The translations under genes and the position numbers were made by a program. Shown piece by piece: positions 12,778 to 24,032 of a DNA stretch of 64,000 nucleotides; the first letter of the stretch is position 1, and each line of letters starts with the position of its first letter. The stretch covers positions 11,222,001 to 11,286,000 of the forward strand of contig JBHGNT010000021.1 in the NCBI GenBank assembly GCA_043228905.1. Direction: 5' to 3'. Source of the stretch: Azolla caroliniana. Taxonomy: Eukaryota > Plantae > Polypodiophyta. The notes under the pieces were generated by a model. It was given only the letters and a program-made list of their open reading frames with translations. It ran no database searches and was not told the origin of the DNA.

Positions 12778-12795
12778 TGGTGAACCCGACGTGAA
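12778..12795 (+). promoter_or_regulatory. Primer binding site, tRNA-Trp (Y1)
   Basis: TGGTGAACCCGACGTGAA, 18-nt complement of tRNA-Trp 3' end, 4 nt after LTR end. Confidence 0.9.
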
Positions 12796-12824
12796 ACAGG
12801 CGGTAGAGGAATAGGAAGAAGAGA

Positions 12825-14907
12825 GTGTCGGATCTTGCAAAGGCCATGACTTCGGTGGTGGATCGGATAGTGAGTGCGCGCGAAGGCACAGGCGCCCTCG
12901 ATAGGGCTATTGAGGAATTCATCGGCACGATAGGCCGGTTCGGTGGGAAGGACACCACGAGCTATTTGGAGGCTTCTCGAGCCGAAATGGTGATGAAGGA
13001 CATCCCGGAGGACAGGCGACTGGCCAAATTCCCACGGGTGGCGGTGCCAGGCATCCACGCGGAGGTGCTTGAGGTACGGGCTGAGAGTCGGATCTGGGAA
13101 GAGTTTGAAGGTCGGCTCCTTGAAAAGTACGGGCTTGATGACGCGCTTCGGCTATCGAAGTAGGACTTTATGGAATGCGTGGAGACCCCCGAAAAAGGGA
13201 GAAACGCGTCGGTGCTCCATCGGGAGTTTGAAGAACGTTTTGCACGTCTTTCGACGCTGGATTAGACCGTACTGGACACAAGTCGTGTCCTATTGTTCGT
13301 TAAATCGGTGGACGCAAGGGACCGGGAGCAAGTGGGCTTCCTGCTGGAGACCGATGACGGCCTAACGACCGACTAGGCCGTGGTAAAGAGAGTCTGCGGC
13401 CGTTTTGACAAACGGCGTGAGTGGGTCGATAAAGGATTGACGGGGGCGGGTTCTGTTGCGACAAGGAAGGTCGAGGTACCCCCACCGGCACGAAGGGAAG
13501 AGACCCGAGACTGGCTCGAGACCGGCTTGACTTCGACTGGCATGGTCAAAGGCTCGTCCGGAGGAGCTGACTCAGATGGTGAGGGTCCAGATTGTGCAAG
13601 CACGGAGGGACGGCGGTGAACAAGTCCGTGACCGAAGGCCTCTGGCTACGAACCGGTGCTTGTGGTGCGACGCGGTCGGCCACGCCCGAAAGGACTGTGG
13701 GGACTTCGACGAAGCGATAAGAGCTAACGTAGTGCACACTAGCGAGACCCAAAGGGCCCTGGATCTGAATATCGGACGAGGGGATATGAAACGACTGATG
13801 GAAGAAGCAGCGGGTCGCCACGCGGAGACTGTCCACTACTCGGCATCGGCCGGAATCCGGTTCGGAAGTGATGAGGTCCGAAAGGTGAAGGAAGCCGGAT
13901 TCTGGCCGTTGGTGTTGGAAGGCCTCGCCGACGTACGGCTGAGGAAAGAGGAAGCAGACCGCACGGAAAGACGGGTCCGGGAGGTAACCGGGTGGAGTGA
14001 CCCGGTCGAAGAGAAGACGGGCTTCGTGGAAGCCGTGTGCTAGAACTACGAGGTTCTAGTGGAAGACAAGTGTGCGGGAAAGACCGGGGGGGCTAGTCCC
14101 TCACAACAGTATGAGACCCGGTTCGGGCTGAAGCAGAATGATGTCGGTGAGACCAACGCACCGGATAAAGCCAAGAGGGCCGGGTACCGGCTGAGCCTGG
14201 AGATCGAGAGGACCACGGACCTGCAAAAGGTCCTCGAGGAACGTATCCTCGACAGCAAAGTGGAGTTGTCATTGAGGGAAGTGCTCGGTATCGCCAAGAA
14301 GGAGTTACACGACTCCATCGTAGACTTGGTGAAGCGGTAAAGGCTTTCGACAGAGCCGGAGCTGGGGAAACCGGTGGAGGTGCGAACGACGCTCCTAGAA
14401 GACATGGCCCTAGAGGACGAATTGGCGAAAAGCCACTACTCGAGGCTACATTGGGCCAGAGCCACTACGGAAACCCCTATTCGGATCAGGGACATCTAGG
14501 AGCCGCTGGTGGCGTTGGTAGACCATGGTTTGGAGATCAACTTGATGTCTATGGACTTCTACAAGAAGGGAAAGTGGCCGATCAACACCAAGCACGGGTG
14601 GAAGATACGGGCAGCAACGCATGCCACGGAGGAGCTACCCGGAGCCTGCCTGAATGTACGAGTGAAAATCGGCGATGTCGAAATCGATCAACACTTCTTC
14701 GTGGAGGATACTTCCTCGCATCCGGTGATACGCGGAGAACCGTACATCACGGCGGCGCACACGGAGACAAAGGTGCTAGACAACGGTTCGACATATGCAC
14801 AGGTCAAGTGCCAGGACGGGCGTCACTCGGTCCAGTTCCTGACGGTGCGACCAAACCATGAGCGTAATCGCGAGACCCTCAGTGCCGAAAACCGAGGGTA
14901 TTTTTAG
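12825..14907 (+). pseudogene. Y1 gag-protease ORF1 (disrupted)
   Basis: Zinc knuckle CLWCDAVGHARKDC; aspartic protease ALVDHG.EINLM...VIRGEPY; stops and frameshifts; collinear with Y2 ORF1. Confidence 0.85.
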
Positions 14908-14962
14908 AGAGGGCTATCAAGGCATGGGGCCGCGATAGTCCGGATACCCCGGGAAAACCCCA
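14898..14962 (+). promoter_or_regulatory. Putative -1 ribosomal frameshift signal (Y1 copy, shift site mutated to G TAT TTT)
   Basis: ORF1 stop TAG 14905-14907; -1 frame open into RT; stem GGGCTATC/GATAGTCC with loop TGGGG pairing CCCCA at 14958-14962. Confidence 0.7.
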
Positions 14963-17694
14963 CAGATGTACTATACGCAAAAACACCTATACCATAGGTA
15001 GGAAATTTTGGTTCACTGATAGCGGCGGTTGTACAATAGCCGGCGTAGTTGGCCGGGAAAGGAAGCGGGCAGAGGAGCGACTTCGGGCATGCGGAGTCCT
15101 CGGCCCTGAAGAGGAAATCAGCGGGGCCGTGGAGGCGGTTTCTTTCGATGACACCTTGGTGAAGTTACGGGAGGTGTTCAGAGAAGGCTTTAATGAGGAC
15201 CGGACGATTCCGGTATGTTCGGAAAAGATGTACGAAGTCATTGCCGACTTCAGTAGTAGACTCGAGTCGGATCGGATGGCCCAAGTGGATACGAAGTACA
15301 AGACTGTGGACCGGAAGGTGAGGCCAGTCGCGGCACCCTTGCCAGAGGGCAGCGAGTTACAGATAAAGGGGGTCGCGTCGGACCCAAGTTTACGAGATCC
15401 GGCCAACATAGGACACAATTTCACCGACATAACGCTACGGGAGCTCAAGATCGATGGGGGTGGTTTTCTACTGCTAGCGGAAGAGGACCGGTTTAGGAGA
15501 ATGCTCGGGAGGCACGGGAAGGCTTTCGCATTCTCACCGGAGAAGATCGGATGCGTAGACCCGAAGGTTGTGGAACCAATGGTGATCTTCACAGTACCGC
15601 ATGTGCCGTGGAATCTCAAACCAATTCTGGTACCCAGAGCTCACATCCCGAACCTGATGGAGTTGCTGAAACAGAAGGTGGAGATGGGCATCCTCAAACC
15701 GTCGAGTGCCCCATATTCGAATCGGTGGTTTACCGTGCCGAAGAACGGCACATTGTGCTTCATACAGGACCTGCAACCGGTCAACAAGGTGACCATTCGA
15801 AATGCAAGTATCGGACCGACCATCGATGAGTTCGCAAAGGCCTTCGCAGGGAGGTCGATCTACTCGGTCAGGGATCTGTATTCAGGGTACGATCAATTCC
15901 AACTAGTCGTGGAGGGCCTAGTTTGGATGTGTACCCTACCGCAAGGAGGAACGAACTCGGTGGCGCACATGGTGAATGCGATGAACAAGGTGTTGAGGGA
16001 CTGCATCCCGGACATCACCATGCCATTTGTGGACGACATCCCGATCAAAGGATGTCCGAGTCGGTCGGGCCCGATGGTTGCCGGAGGTTCGTGACAGATC
16101 ACATCCGCGACAGCGAGAAGGTGCTACAAAGACTCGAGAGCGCACGGCTCACCTTCTCAGAAGAAAAATCAGCCTTCGGACAGCCGGAGATCCTAGTAGT
16201 CGGACACCTGTGCGGGCCTTACGGCCGGAAGCCGTCCCCGACGAAGGTAGAAGCCATCTCCGCGATGAAGGATGATTGCGGGTCAGTCACGGAGGTCCGA
16301 AGGATCCTTGGGGCATGCGTGTTCTATCACATCTGGATTCAGCACTACGCACATGTCGCGGAGCTGCTTTACGAGTTATTAAAGAAAGGGCGCTGGTTCG
16401 AATGGAGGACGGAGCACGCGGAGTCGGTCCGGAGACTGAAGGAGGCGCTCACCGCGGCACCAACTCTCCGAAAAGTGGTTTACGGCAAGGAAGTCCCCAT
16501 TTACGTGACGGTGGACATGAGCCCCACCGGGATCGAGTGGGTGATCAATCAAGAAGATGAAGACGACGTACAGTTCCCGATCCGGTTCGGGGCAAAGGTA
16601 TTGAGCGAGGAGCAGTGAGGATACGCCCAAATCAAGCGCGAGCTATGGGGTATCGTTTCGGTAGTCAAGGCCGACAAGGACTATCTGATCGGGACAGAAG
16701 TAATCATCGAGACGTACTGTCTGCCGATTATGGGTATGGTCTCCGGATGCGCGACTCCGGACCTGGCGATGCTCAGGTGGATCGCGTACATCAAGTCCCT
16801 GAACCTAGAGATATGGCACATCTCTGGAAAGGATAATGCCATGGCCGACATGCTTTCAAGGGCGTGGTTCAGCGACGAGGACGGCATGGTTTCGGATAAT
16901 GAAGAAGTTAGCGAGGACTTCTTCGGGTCAGCTAACGTAACAACAAGAAAGGGGAGCACTCCGGCGCTTAACGAATTCGACGAGAGCAAGTACGCTGGGG
17001 AGTGGCTCCAGATCGACGGGTTCCTGAAGACAATGACATCGGATGCAACATTGATGAAGGAAGAGACCAACTGGATTCGGACGAAAGCGTACCGATTCTT
17101 CCTACGAGACGATAGCATATGGAAGCACCCAAAGAAGAGAAACGACATCCTGCTCTGAGTGGTGGCGAAGAAAGGGGAACAGGAAAAATTGTTGATGGCG
17201 TACCATGAGAGTCCCTGGGCCGGACACTGCGGGAGGTGGGCCACATTCGAGAAGTTAAAGGAGAAGTACTGGTGGCCAGGGCTATACCGAGATGTGCATC
17301 GGTTCGTCACGACTTGCAAGAGTTGTCAAGTGCATTCCATAGTCCGACATCGGGACGAGCTTCACCCAACCTACCCTCCGACCGTCCACTTCAAGTGGAT
17401 GGTGGATCTGGTGACGATGCCGATGGGGGTAGGGCAGATGCGGTATTTCGTGCTGGCTCGGGAGGACCTGACAAACCAGGTGGAAGTTCGAGCGTTGCAG
17501 AACAAAACGACCGTAGCCGTATGCCGATTTCTGATCGAAGAAGTGGTATGCCGGTACGGGTGCGTAGGTAAGATCGTGGCCGACGGCGGGGAATTGGACG
17601 TGCAAGAGGCAGAAGAGTTGTTTAACCGGCTAGGAATTATACTCTTGCTCACCGTGGCGTACAATCCGGAGGCGAACGGGAAGGTGGAGCGCGG
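14898..17694 (+). pseudogene. Y1 pol (RT, RNase H, integrase N-terminal and core), disrupted
   Basis: PYSNRWFTVPK, DLYSGYDQ, LPQGGTNS, MPFVDD; RNase H VTVD.SP.GI; integrase HHCC (H...GH...YWWPG...CKSCQ) and YNPEANGKVERG, cut by Y2 LTR. Confidence 0.9.
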
Positions 17695-18404
17695 TGTCGT
17701 GAAGAAAACCGTCCACGAGCGGAATCGGTGCGCCGGAGCATAGGAACCGGCTCTTCATGCACGTACACCTTACGTTGTACATAAGAGAGAATTAGGGACA
17801 TAGAAGATCCTAGGTAGGTAGATTCGGTAGGTAGGAAGTTAATAGGAAACGACTCCTTCCTTGCCTATAAAAGGAGGGAGACGAGGAGGGGGAAGGGGAT
17901 CGCGGAGAGTCGAGGACGAAGTGTTGTCGGTTTGTGGGCGAAGGCTTCTCTCTCTCTCTAGCTCGCAAACTCCGTAGCTTCTTGCTGTGCAGGTTTCAGG
18001 AGGCTCGCGTTGCTCTGAGGAATGCCCGAGTGCTTCCGGTAGCACCTCCAACCTACTCTTTCCTTTCTGTGCGTTTACGAACAGGCATCGACATCTGTTC
18101 GCCGGCCTGTTCGGTTGTAACCGACTTCGTGTTTTGTTGTTTGTCTCTGTTAATATACCCTTACATACCGTTGTGCCTCTCTGTGTTGGTTTCCACGCTC
18201 GCTCTCTGTTAATATACACTTACATACCGTTGTGCCTCTCTGTGTTAGTTTCCACGCTCGCGTCTTCGTGTCGAAGGACCGTGTCCCTGTGGATCTACGC
18301 CCGCACGTAGTGGGTCCCTTCCCTTCTCCTTTCCCTATTGCTCTTCGGTACAAGACCCCCGAGGTCCCGCCTCATTCCATGCATCCGCGAGGAATACCTC
18401 GACA
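17695..18404 (+). repeat. 5' LTR of Y2 (710 bp, with internal ~60-bp duplication at ~18150-18262)
   Basis: Homologous to 23050-23668; TATA CCTATAAAAGG ~17864. Confidence 0.9.
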
Positions 18405-18407
18405 TCT

Positions 18408-18425
18408 TGGTGAACCCGACGTGAA
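18408..18425 (+). promoter_or_regulatory. Primer binding site, tRNA-Trp (Y2)
   Basis: TGGTGAACCCGACGTGAA. Confidence 0.9.
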
Positions 18426-18447
18426 AGAGGCGGCAGAAGAGCAGAAG

Positions 18448-20574
18448 ATGAAGGGGTCGGATCTTGTGGAGGCCATGGCTTCGGCAGTGGATCGGATATT
18501 GAGCGCACGCGAGGGCATCGACGCCCTCGACAGAGCCATTGAGGTGGTGGTCGGTACGATCGGCCGGTTCAACGGAAAGGATGCCATGAAGTATTTGGCG
18601 TCCTACGGGGCAGAAATGTTGATGCGGGACATTCCGGAAGAGAGCCGTCTTGCCGGGTTCCCTCGAGTGGCGATGCCGAGCATCCATGCGGAGGAGCTCG
18701 AGGTGCGGGCGGAGAGCCGTACCTGCGAGGAGTTCGAAGGTCGACTCCTAGAATAATACGGGGTGGACGACGCGCTCCGGCTTTCGAAACGGGACTTCAT
18801 GGAGTGGGTGGAGTCCCCCGGCAAGGGAAGAAACGTGTCGGCACTCCTCCGGGAGTTCGAGGAACGCTTTGCGCGCCTTTCGGCGCTTGACCAAACCGTT
18901 CTGGATACGAGCTGGGTCCTACTGCTCGTCAAGTCGGTGGACGAGCGGGACCGGGATCAAGTCGGCTCCTTGTTGGAAACCGAAGACGGGCTGACGACCG
19001 ACTGGGCTGCGGTTAAGAGAGTATGTGGCCGTTTTGACAAACGCTGAGAATGGGCTGAGAATGGGGCGGCTGGTGCGGGCTCTGTCACAGCAAGGAGGCT
19101 TGAATCGGCACCACAAGGGCGAAGGAAAGAAACCCGGGAATGGCTCGAAACTGGTCTGGCTTCGACCGGCATGGTCAGTGGCTCGTCCGGAGGAGCAGCG
19201 CTGGAAGAGTTGACGCAGGCAATAAAGGATCTCCAGATCGCCCAGACTCGAAGGGAAGGCGGCGAACGGGCTCGTGACCGACGGCCGGTAGCAGGGAACA
19301 GGTGCATGTGGTGCGACGACGTTGGCCACAACCGGAAGGACTGCGGCGATTTCGCAGAAGCGTTGAGGAACCGGGTGGTGTACCTGTGGGAAGGCCGGGT
19401 GCACGCCGGCGACACCAGAAGGGCCCTAAACCGAAACGACGGGCGAGGAGGAATGAAGAGACTGATGGAAGAGGCAGCGGCCCGACACGTGGAGGCCATC
19501 CACTACTCGGCGTCGGCCGGCATTCGGGTCGGGGGCAGCGAGGCCCGAAAGGAGGGCAAAGACGGATTCTGGTCGGCAATGCTGGAAGGTCTTGCCGGCG
19601 CACGGCTAAGGAAAGATGAAATGGACCGCGTTGAGAGACGGGTCCGGGAAATAACCGGGTGGAGCGATCCGGTCGAGGAGAAGACGGGATTCGTAGAAGC
19701 CGCCTACCGGAACTACGAGGCTCTAGTAGAAGACAAACGGGTGGGAAAAGCCGGAGCGGCCGGGCCCCCACAACGGTACGAGACCTGATTCGGGCAACGA
19801 CGAAACGATGCCGGTGGATCCAGCTCGCAAGATAACCCCAGGAAGGGTGGATACCAACTGGGGACGGAAATAGAAAGGACTACGGACCTACAAAAAGTCC
19901 TAGAAGATCGGATCCTCGACAACAAAGTGGAGCTGTCATTGCGGGAGGTGCTAGGGATCGCCAAGAAGGAGTTCCACGACTCCATTGTGGACCTGGTGAA
20001 ACGGAAGAGGCTGTCGATGGAGAAGGAACCGGAAAGACCGGTGGAGGTGCGGACGACGCGCATTGACGACATGGCGCTGGAAGATGAGTGGGCGGAGAGC
20101 CACTATTCAAGGCCGCACTGGGCCCGAGCGACCACGGAGACCCCGGTAAAGATCGGAGATGTTCAGGAACCGCTGGTGGCATTGGTGGACCACGGTTTGG
20201 AAATAAACATGATGTCCATGGACTTCTATAAGAAGGGGAAGTGGCCGATCAACACCAAGCACGGGTGCAAGATACGAGTGGCGACGCGCGCCACCAAGGA
20301 ACTGCACGGGGCCTGCCCGAACGTGCGAGTCAAGATTGGCGACGTGGAGATTGACCAGCACTTCTTCGTACAGGAGATGTCCTCGCACCCGGTCATATTA
20401 GGGGAACCATACATCACGGCGGCGCGGATGGAGACCAAGGTGCTAGACAACGGTTCGGCCTACGCGAGGGTCAAAAGCCAGGACGGGCGCCATTCGGTCA
20501 AATTTCTGACGGTGCGACCGAACCATGAGCGAAACCGCGAATCCCTCGGTGCCGAGAACCGGGAGGATTTTTAG
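18448..20574 (+). pseudogene. Y2 gag-protease ORF1 (few in-frame stops)
   Basis: CMWCDDVGHNRKDC knuckle; ALVDHGLEINMM...VILGEPY protease; ends ...REDF*. Confidence 0.88.
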
Positions 20575-20630
20575 AGAGGGCTGCCAAGGCGTGGGGCCGA
20601 GACAGTCCGGACACTCGGGAAAGACCCCAC
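20565..20630 (+). promoter_or_regulatory. Putative -1 programmed frameshift: G GAT TTT shift site, 6-nt spacer, H-type pseudoknot
   Basis: -1 frame open from 20565 into pol; stem 1 20578-20585 / 20601-20608; stem 2 GTGGGG 20591-20596 / CCCCAC 20625-20630. Confidence 0.8.
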
Positions 20631-22930
20631 AGCTGTACGATAGAACCGAAACCGAAGAAACCTTGTACGATAGGTAGAAAATTCTGCTTCTCCAACAACG
20701 GAGGGTGTATGATAGTCGGCATCGTTGGCCGAGAAAGGGCAAGGGTTGAGGAGCGACTTCGAGCGTGCGGAGTTCTCGGCCCGGACGAGGAAATCAGCGG
20801 GGCGGTGGAGGTGGTCTCCTTCGACGACACCTTGGGGATGCTGAGGAAGGTAGCCGGAGAAGACCTGAACGAAGACCGGACGATACCGGTATGTTCCGAA
20901 GAGATGTACGAGGTCATCGCGAACTTCAGCCAGGGACTCCGGTCGGATCGGACGGCCCGAGTTAGCACGAAGTACAAGACTGTGGACCGGAAGGTAAGGC
21001 CAGTCGCGGCACCTTACCGGAGGGCAGCGAGTCCCGAATCAAAGGGGTTGCGTCGGACCCCAGTTTACGAGATACGGCCTGCATAGGACACACCTTCACC
21101 GACGGGACGCTCCGGGAGCTCAAGATCGGTGGGGGCGGGTTCCTACTGCCGGCGAAGGAAGACCGGTTTCGGAGAATGCTCGGAAGGCACGGGAAAGCCT
21201 TCACATTCTCGCTGGAAGAGATCGGGTGCGTAGACCCGACAATCGTGGAGTCGATGGTGATATTCACGGTACCGCATGTGCCGTGGAATCTCAAGCCAAT
21301 TCCGGTACCAAGAGCTCACATCCCGGAGTTGATGGAGCTACTGAGGCAGAAAGTCGATATGGGTATTCTCGAACCGTCGAGCGCGCCATACTCGAACCGA
21401 TGGTTTACTGTACCAAAGAAAAACGGAACATTGCGCTTGATTCTGGACCTGCAGCCGGTGAATAGAGTGACCATTAGGAACGCAGGAATTGGACCAACCA
21501 TAGACGAGTTCGCGGAGGCCATCGCCGGAAGGTCGATTTACACGGTCAGTGATCTGTACTCGGGGTACGACCAGTTCCAGCTAGCCGTGGAGAGTAGAGA
21601 CATTATGACGATGCGAACTCCCCTCAGCCTAGTGCGAATGTGTACCCTGCCACAAGGAGGGACCAACTCGGTGGCCCACATGGTGAATGCAATGAACAAG
21701 GTACTGAGGGATTGCATCCCGGACATCACCATGCCATTTTTGGACGACATCCCGATAAAGGGGTGCCCGGTGGAGGGGAAGGACGAGACAGTCGGGCCGG
21801 ACGGATGCCGGCGATTCGTGGCAACACACATCGACGATTGCGAGAAGGTGCTACAAAGGCTAGAGGATGCGAGGCTCACCTTCTCCGGGGAGAAATCGGC
21901 CTTCGGGCAATCAGAAATCCTGGTGGTCGAACACCTGTATGGACTGTATGGCTGGAAGCCGTCTCCGGCAAAAGTAGAAGCCATCTCCGCGATGAAGACC
22001 GACTGTAGCTCGGTTACGGAAGTTCGGAGGTTCCTGGGGGCATGCGCGTTCTACCATATATGGATCCCACATTACGCCCACGTTGCGGAGCCGCTATACG
22101 GGTTGCTAAAGAAAGGGCGAAAATTCGAGTGGCGAGACGAGCACACGGAGTCGGTCTAGAAGCTGAAGGAAGCTCTTGCGGCAGCACCGGCGCTCCGGAA
22201 GGCTGACTACGAGAAGGGTACCCCGGTATACATAACAGTGGATACCAGTCCGACCGGGATCGGATGGGTCGTCAACCAAGAAGACGAGGACGACATACGG
22301 TTCCCGATCTGATTTGGCGCGAAGGTCCTCAATGAGCGACAGCGAGGGTACGCCCAGGTTAAACGCGAACTCTGGGGTATCGTTTCGGCAATAAAGGCCG
22401 ACAAAGACTACCTAATCGGGACTGAAGTGATTATCGAGACGGATTGCCTGCCAATTCTCGGCATGGTTTCCGGATGCGCGACACCGGACCTGGCAATGCT
22501 CAGGTGGATAGCATACATCAAGTCCCTGGACCCGGAAATACGACACATTTCCGGAAAGGACAACGCCATGGCCGACATGCTTTCGAGGGCGAGGTTTGAT
22601 GACGAGGGCGGCATGGTCTCGGAGGACGAAGAAGTCGGCGTGGACTTCTTCGAGGCGGCGTACGCAACGACCGATGGGACGAGCACTCCGGCACTTAACG
22701 GCTTCGACGAGAGCAAGTACGACGGTGAGTGGCTGCGGATCGGTGGTTTCTTGAGGACAATGACGCCGGATGCATCGTGGACGAGAGACGAGGCCAACCG
22801 GATCCGGAAGAAAGCTTACCGATTCTTTCTCCGGGACGGATACTTATGGAAGCACTCGAAGAAGAGGAACGTCGTCCCGCTCAAGGTGGTGCCGAAGGTC
22901 GAAAACCGAAGAAGAACCGACGAGTGGTGA
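20565..22930 (+). pseudogene. Y2 pol (RT, RNase H; integrase lost)
   Basis: RT MPFLDDIPIKG, VRRFLGACAFY; RNase H ETDCLPIL...DNAMADMLSR; frameshift near 21015 and stops. Confidence 0.9.
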
Positions 22931-23049
22931 CGACGGACGATCCAAAACCGAAGAAGAACCGACGAGTGGGGAATAAAGGCTGGACCGGGTTTCTCCGTCC
23001 CAACTCGATTTGGCGCATGCCGGTGGATGCGCGGTTAGGTGGGCGTGGA

Positions 23050-23668
23050 TGTCGTGAAGAAAACCGTCCACAAGCGGAATCGGTGCACTAGAGCGTAGGA
23101 ACCGGCTCTTCATGCACGTGCGCCTTATGTTGTACATAGGAGATCCTAGGCGGGCAGATTCGGTAGGTAGGAAGTAAAGGGGAAACGGCTCCTTCCTTGC
23201 CTATAAAAGGAGGGAGATGAGGAGGAGAAAGGGATCACGGAGAGTCGAGGACGAAGTGCTGTCGGTTTAGGTGCGAAGGCTTCTCTCTCTCTGGTTCGCA
23301 AACTCCATAGCTTCCTTCTGTGCAGGTTTCGGGAGGCTTGCGCTGCTCTGAGGAATGCCCGAGTGCTTCCGGCAGCACCTCCAACCTACTCCTTCATCTC
23401 TGTGCGTTTACGAACAGGTATCAGCATCTGTTCGCCGGCCTGTTCGGTTGGAACCGACTTCGTGTTTTGTTGTTAATCTTTGTTAATACATACATACATT
23501 CGTGTCTCTCTATGTCGCTGTCCCACTCGCTTCTTTGTGTCGAAGGGCCGTGTCCCTGTGAATTTACTCTCGCACGTAGTGGGTCTCTTCTCCTTTCTCT
23601 CTTGCTCTTCGGTACAGGACCCCCGAGGTCCCGCCTCATTCCACGCATCCGCGAGGAATACGTCGACA
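23050..23668 (+). repeat. 3' LTR of Y2 (619 bp)
   Basis: Homologous to 17695-18404 but with many substitutions and indels; preceded by GGTTAGGTGGGCGTGGA. Confidence 0.9.
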
Positions 23669-24032
23669 ACGGGGGCTAGTCGCCCCGATCACAACAACCA
23701 CCCTATTTACCCGAAATTGTATACTATGTGGAAAAAAAAGACCCACTAAGTATTTAAAGAGCATGCACGACATACGAGAAAAGAAAGTACAAACTGTTTT
23801 CGATGCATGATCTTTAAACCTTATTATGATAGGCAAGAGTAAGAATCTAGGGCACAAGGCCATGTCTCAAGAACCAAGGCAAATACATAAAGCATGGAAC
23901 CATAGGCCACAACACTCACACATGCACAGAAACACATAGCCTTCAAGCTCTCTCGCTCTCGCACCCCCTGCTCAGAAGCCTTCTTGCACTCAGCCTCAAT
24001 ATTTTTCTTACTGTTCATCTTCCAAGCCAACC

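Larger units (their letters stand above)
7466..17694 (+). mobile_element. Ty3/gypsy element Y1 (Ylt1-like, tRNA-Trp PBS); 5' LTR split by N1, truncated in integrase by Y2
   Basis: LTR starts TGTCGTGGAGAAAACCGTCC at 7466, resumes at 12189 and ends CGTGACA at 12773; PBS; gag-PR then RT-RH-INT (gypsy order). Confidence 0.88.
17695..23668 (+). mobile_element. Ty3/gypsy element Y2 (same family as Y1), integrase deleted
   Basis: Two related LTRs TGTCGTGAAGAAAACCGTCC...CGACA, tRNA-Trp PBS, gag-PR, RT-RH; pol jumps to the 3' UTR at ~22897. Confidence 0.92.

Noticed and set aside
11645-18425. tRNA-Trp-like sequences as tRNA genes
   Set aside because: Only the 18-nt 3' complement is present next to LTR ends, i.e. 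primer binding sites
21736-21750. FLDD instead of YxDD in the gypsy RTs
   Set aside because: F at this position is known in Athila-type and several fungal gypsy RTs; not evidence of novelty or inactivation
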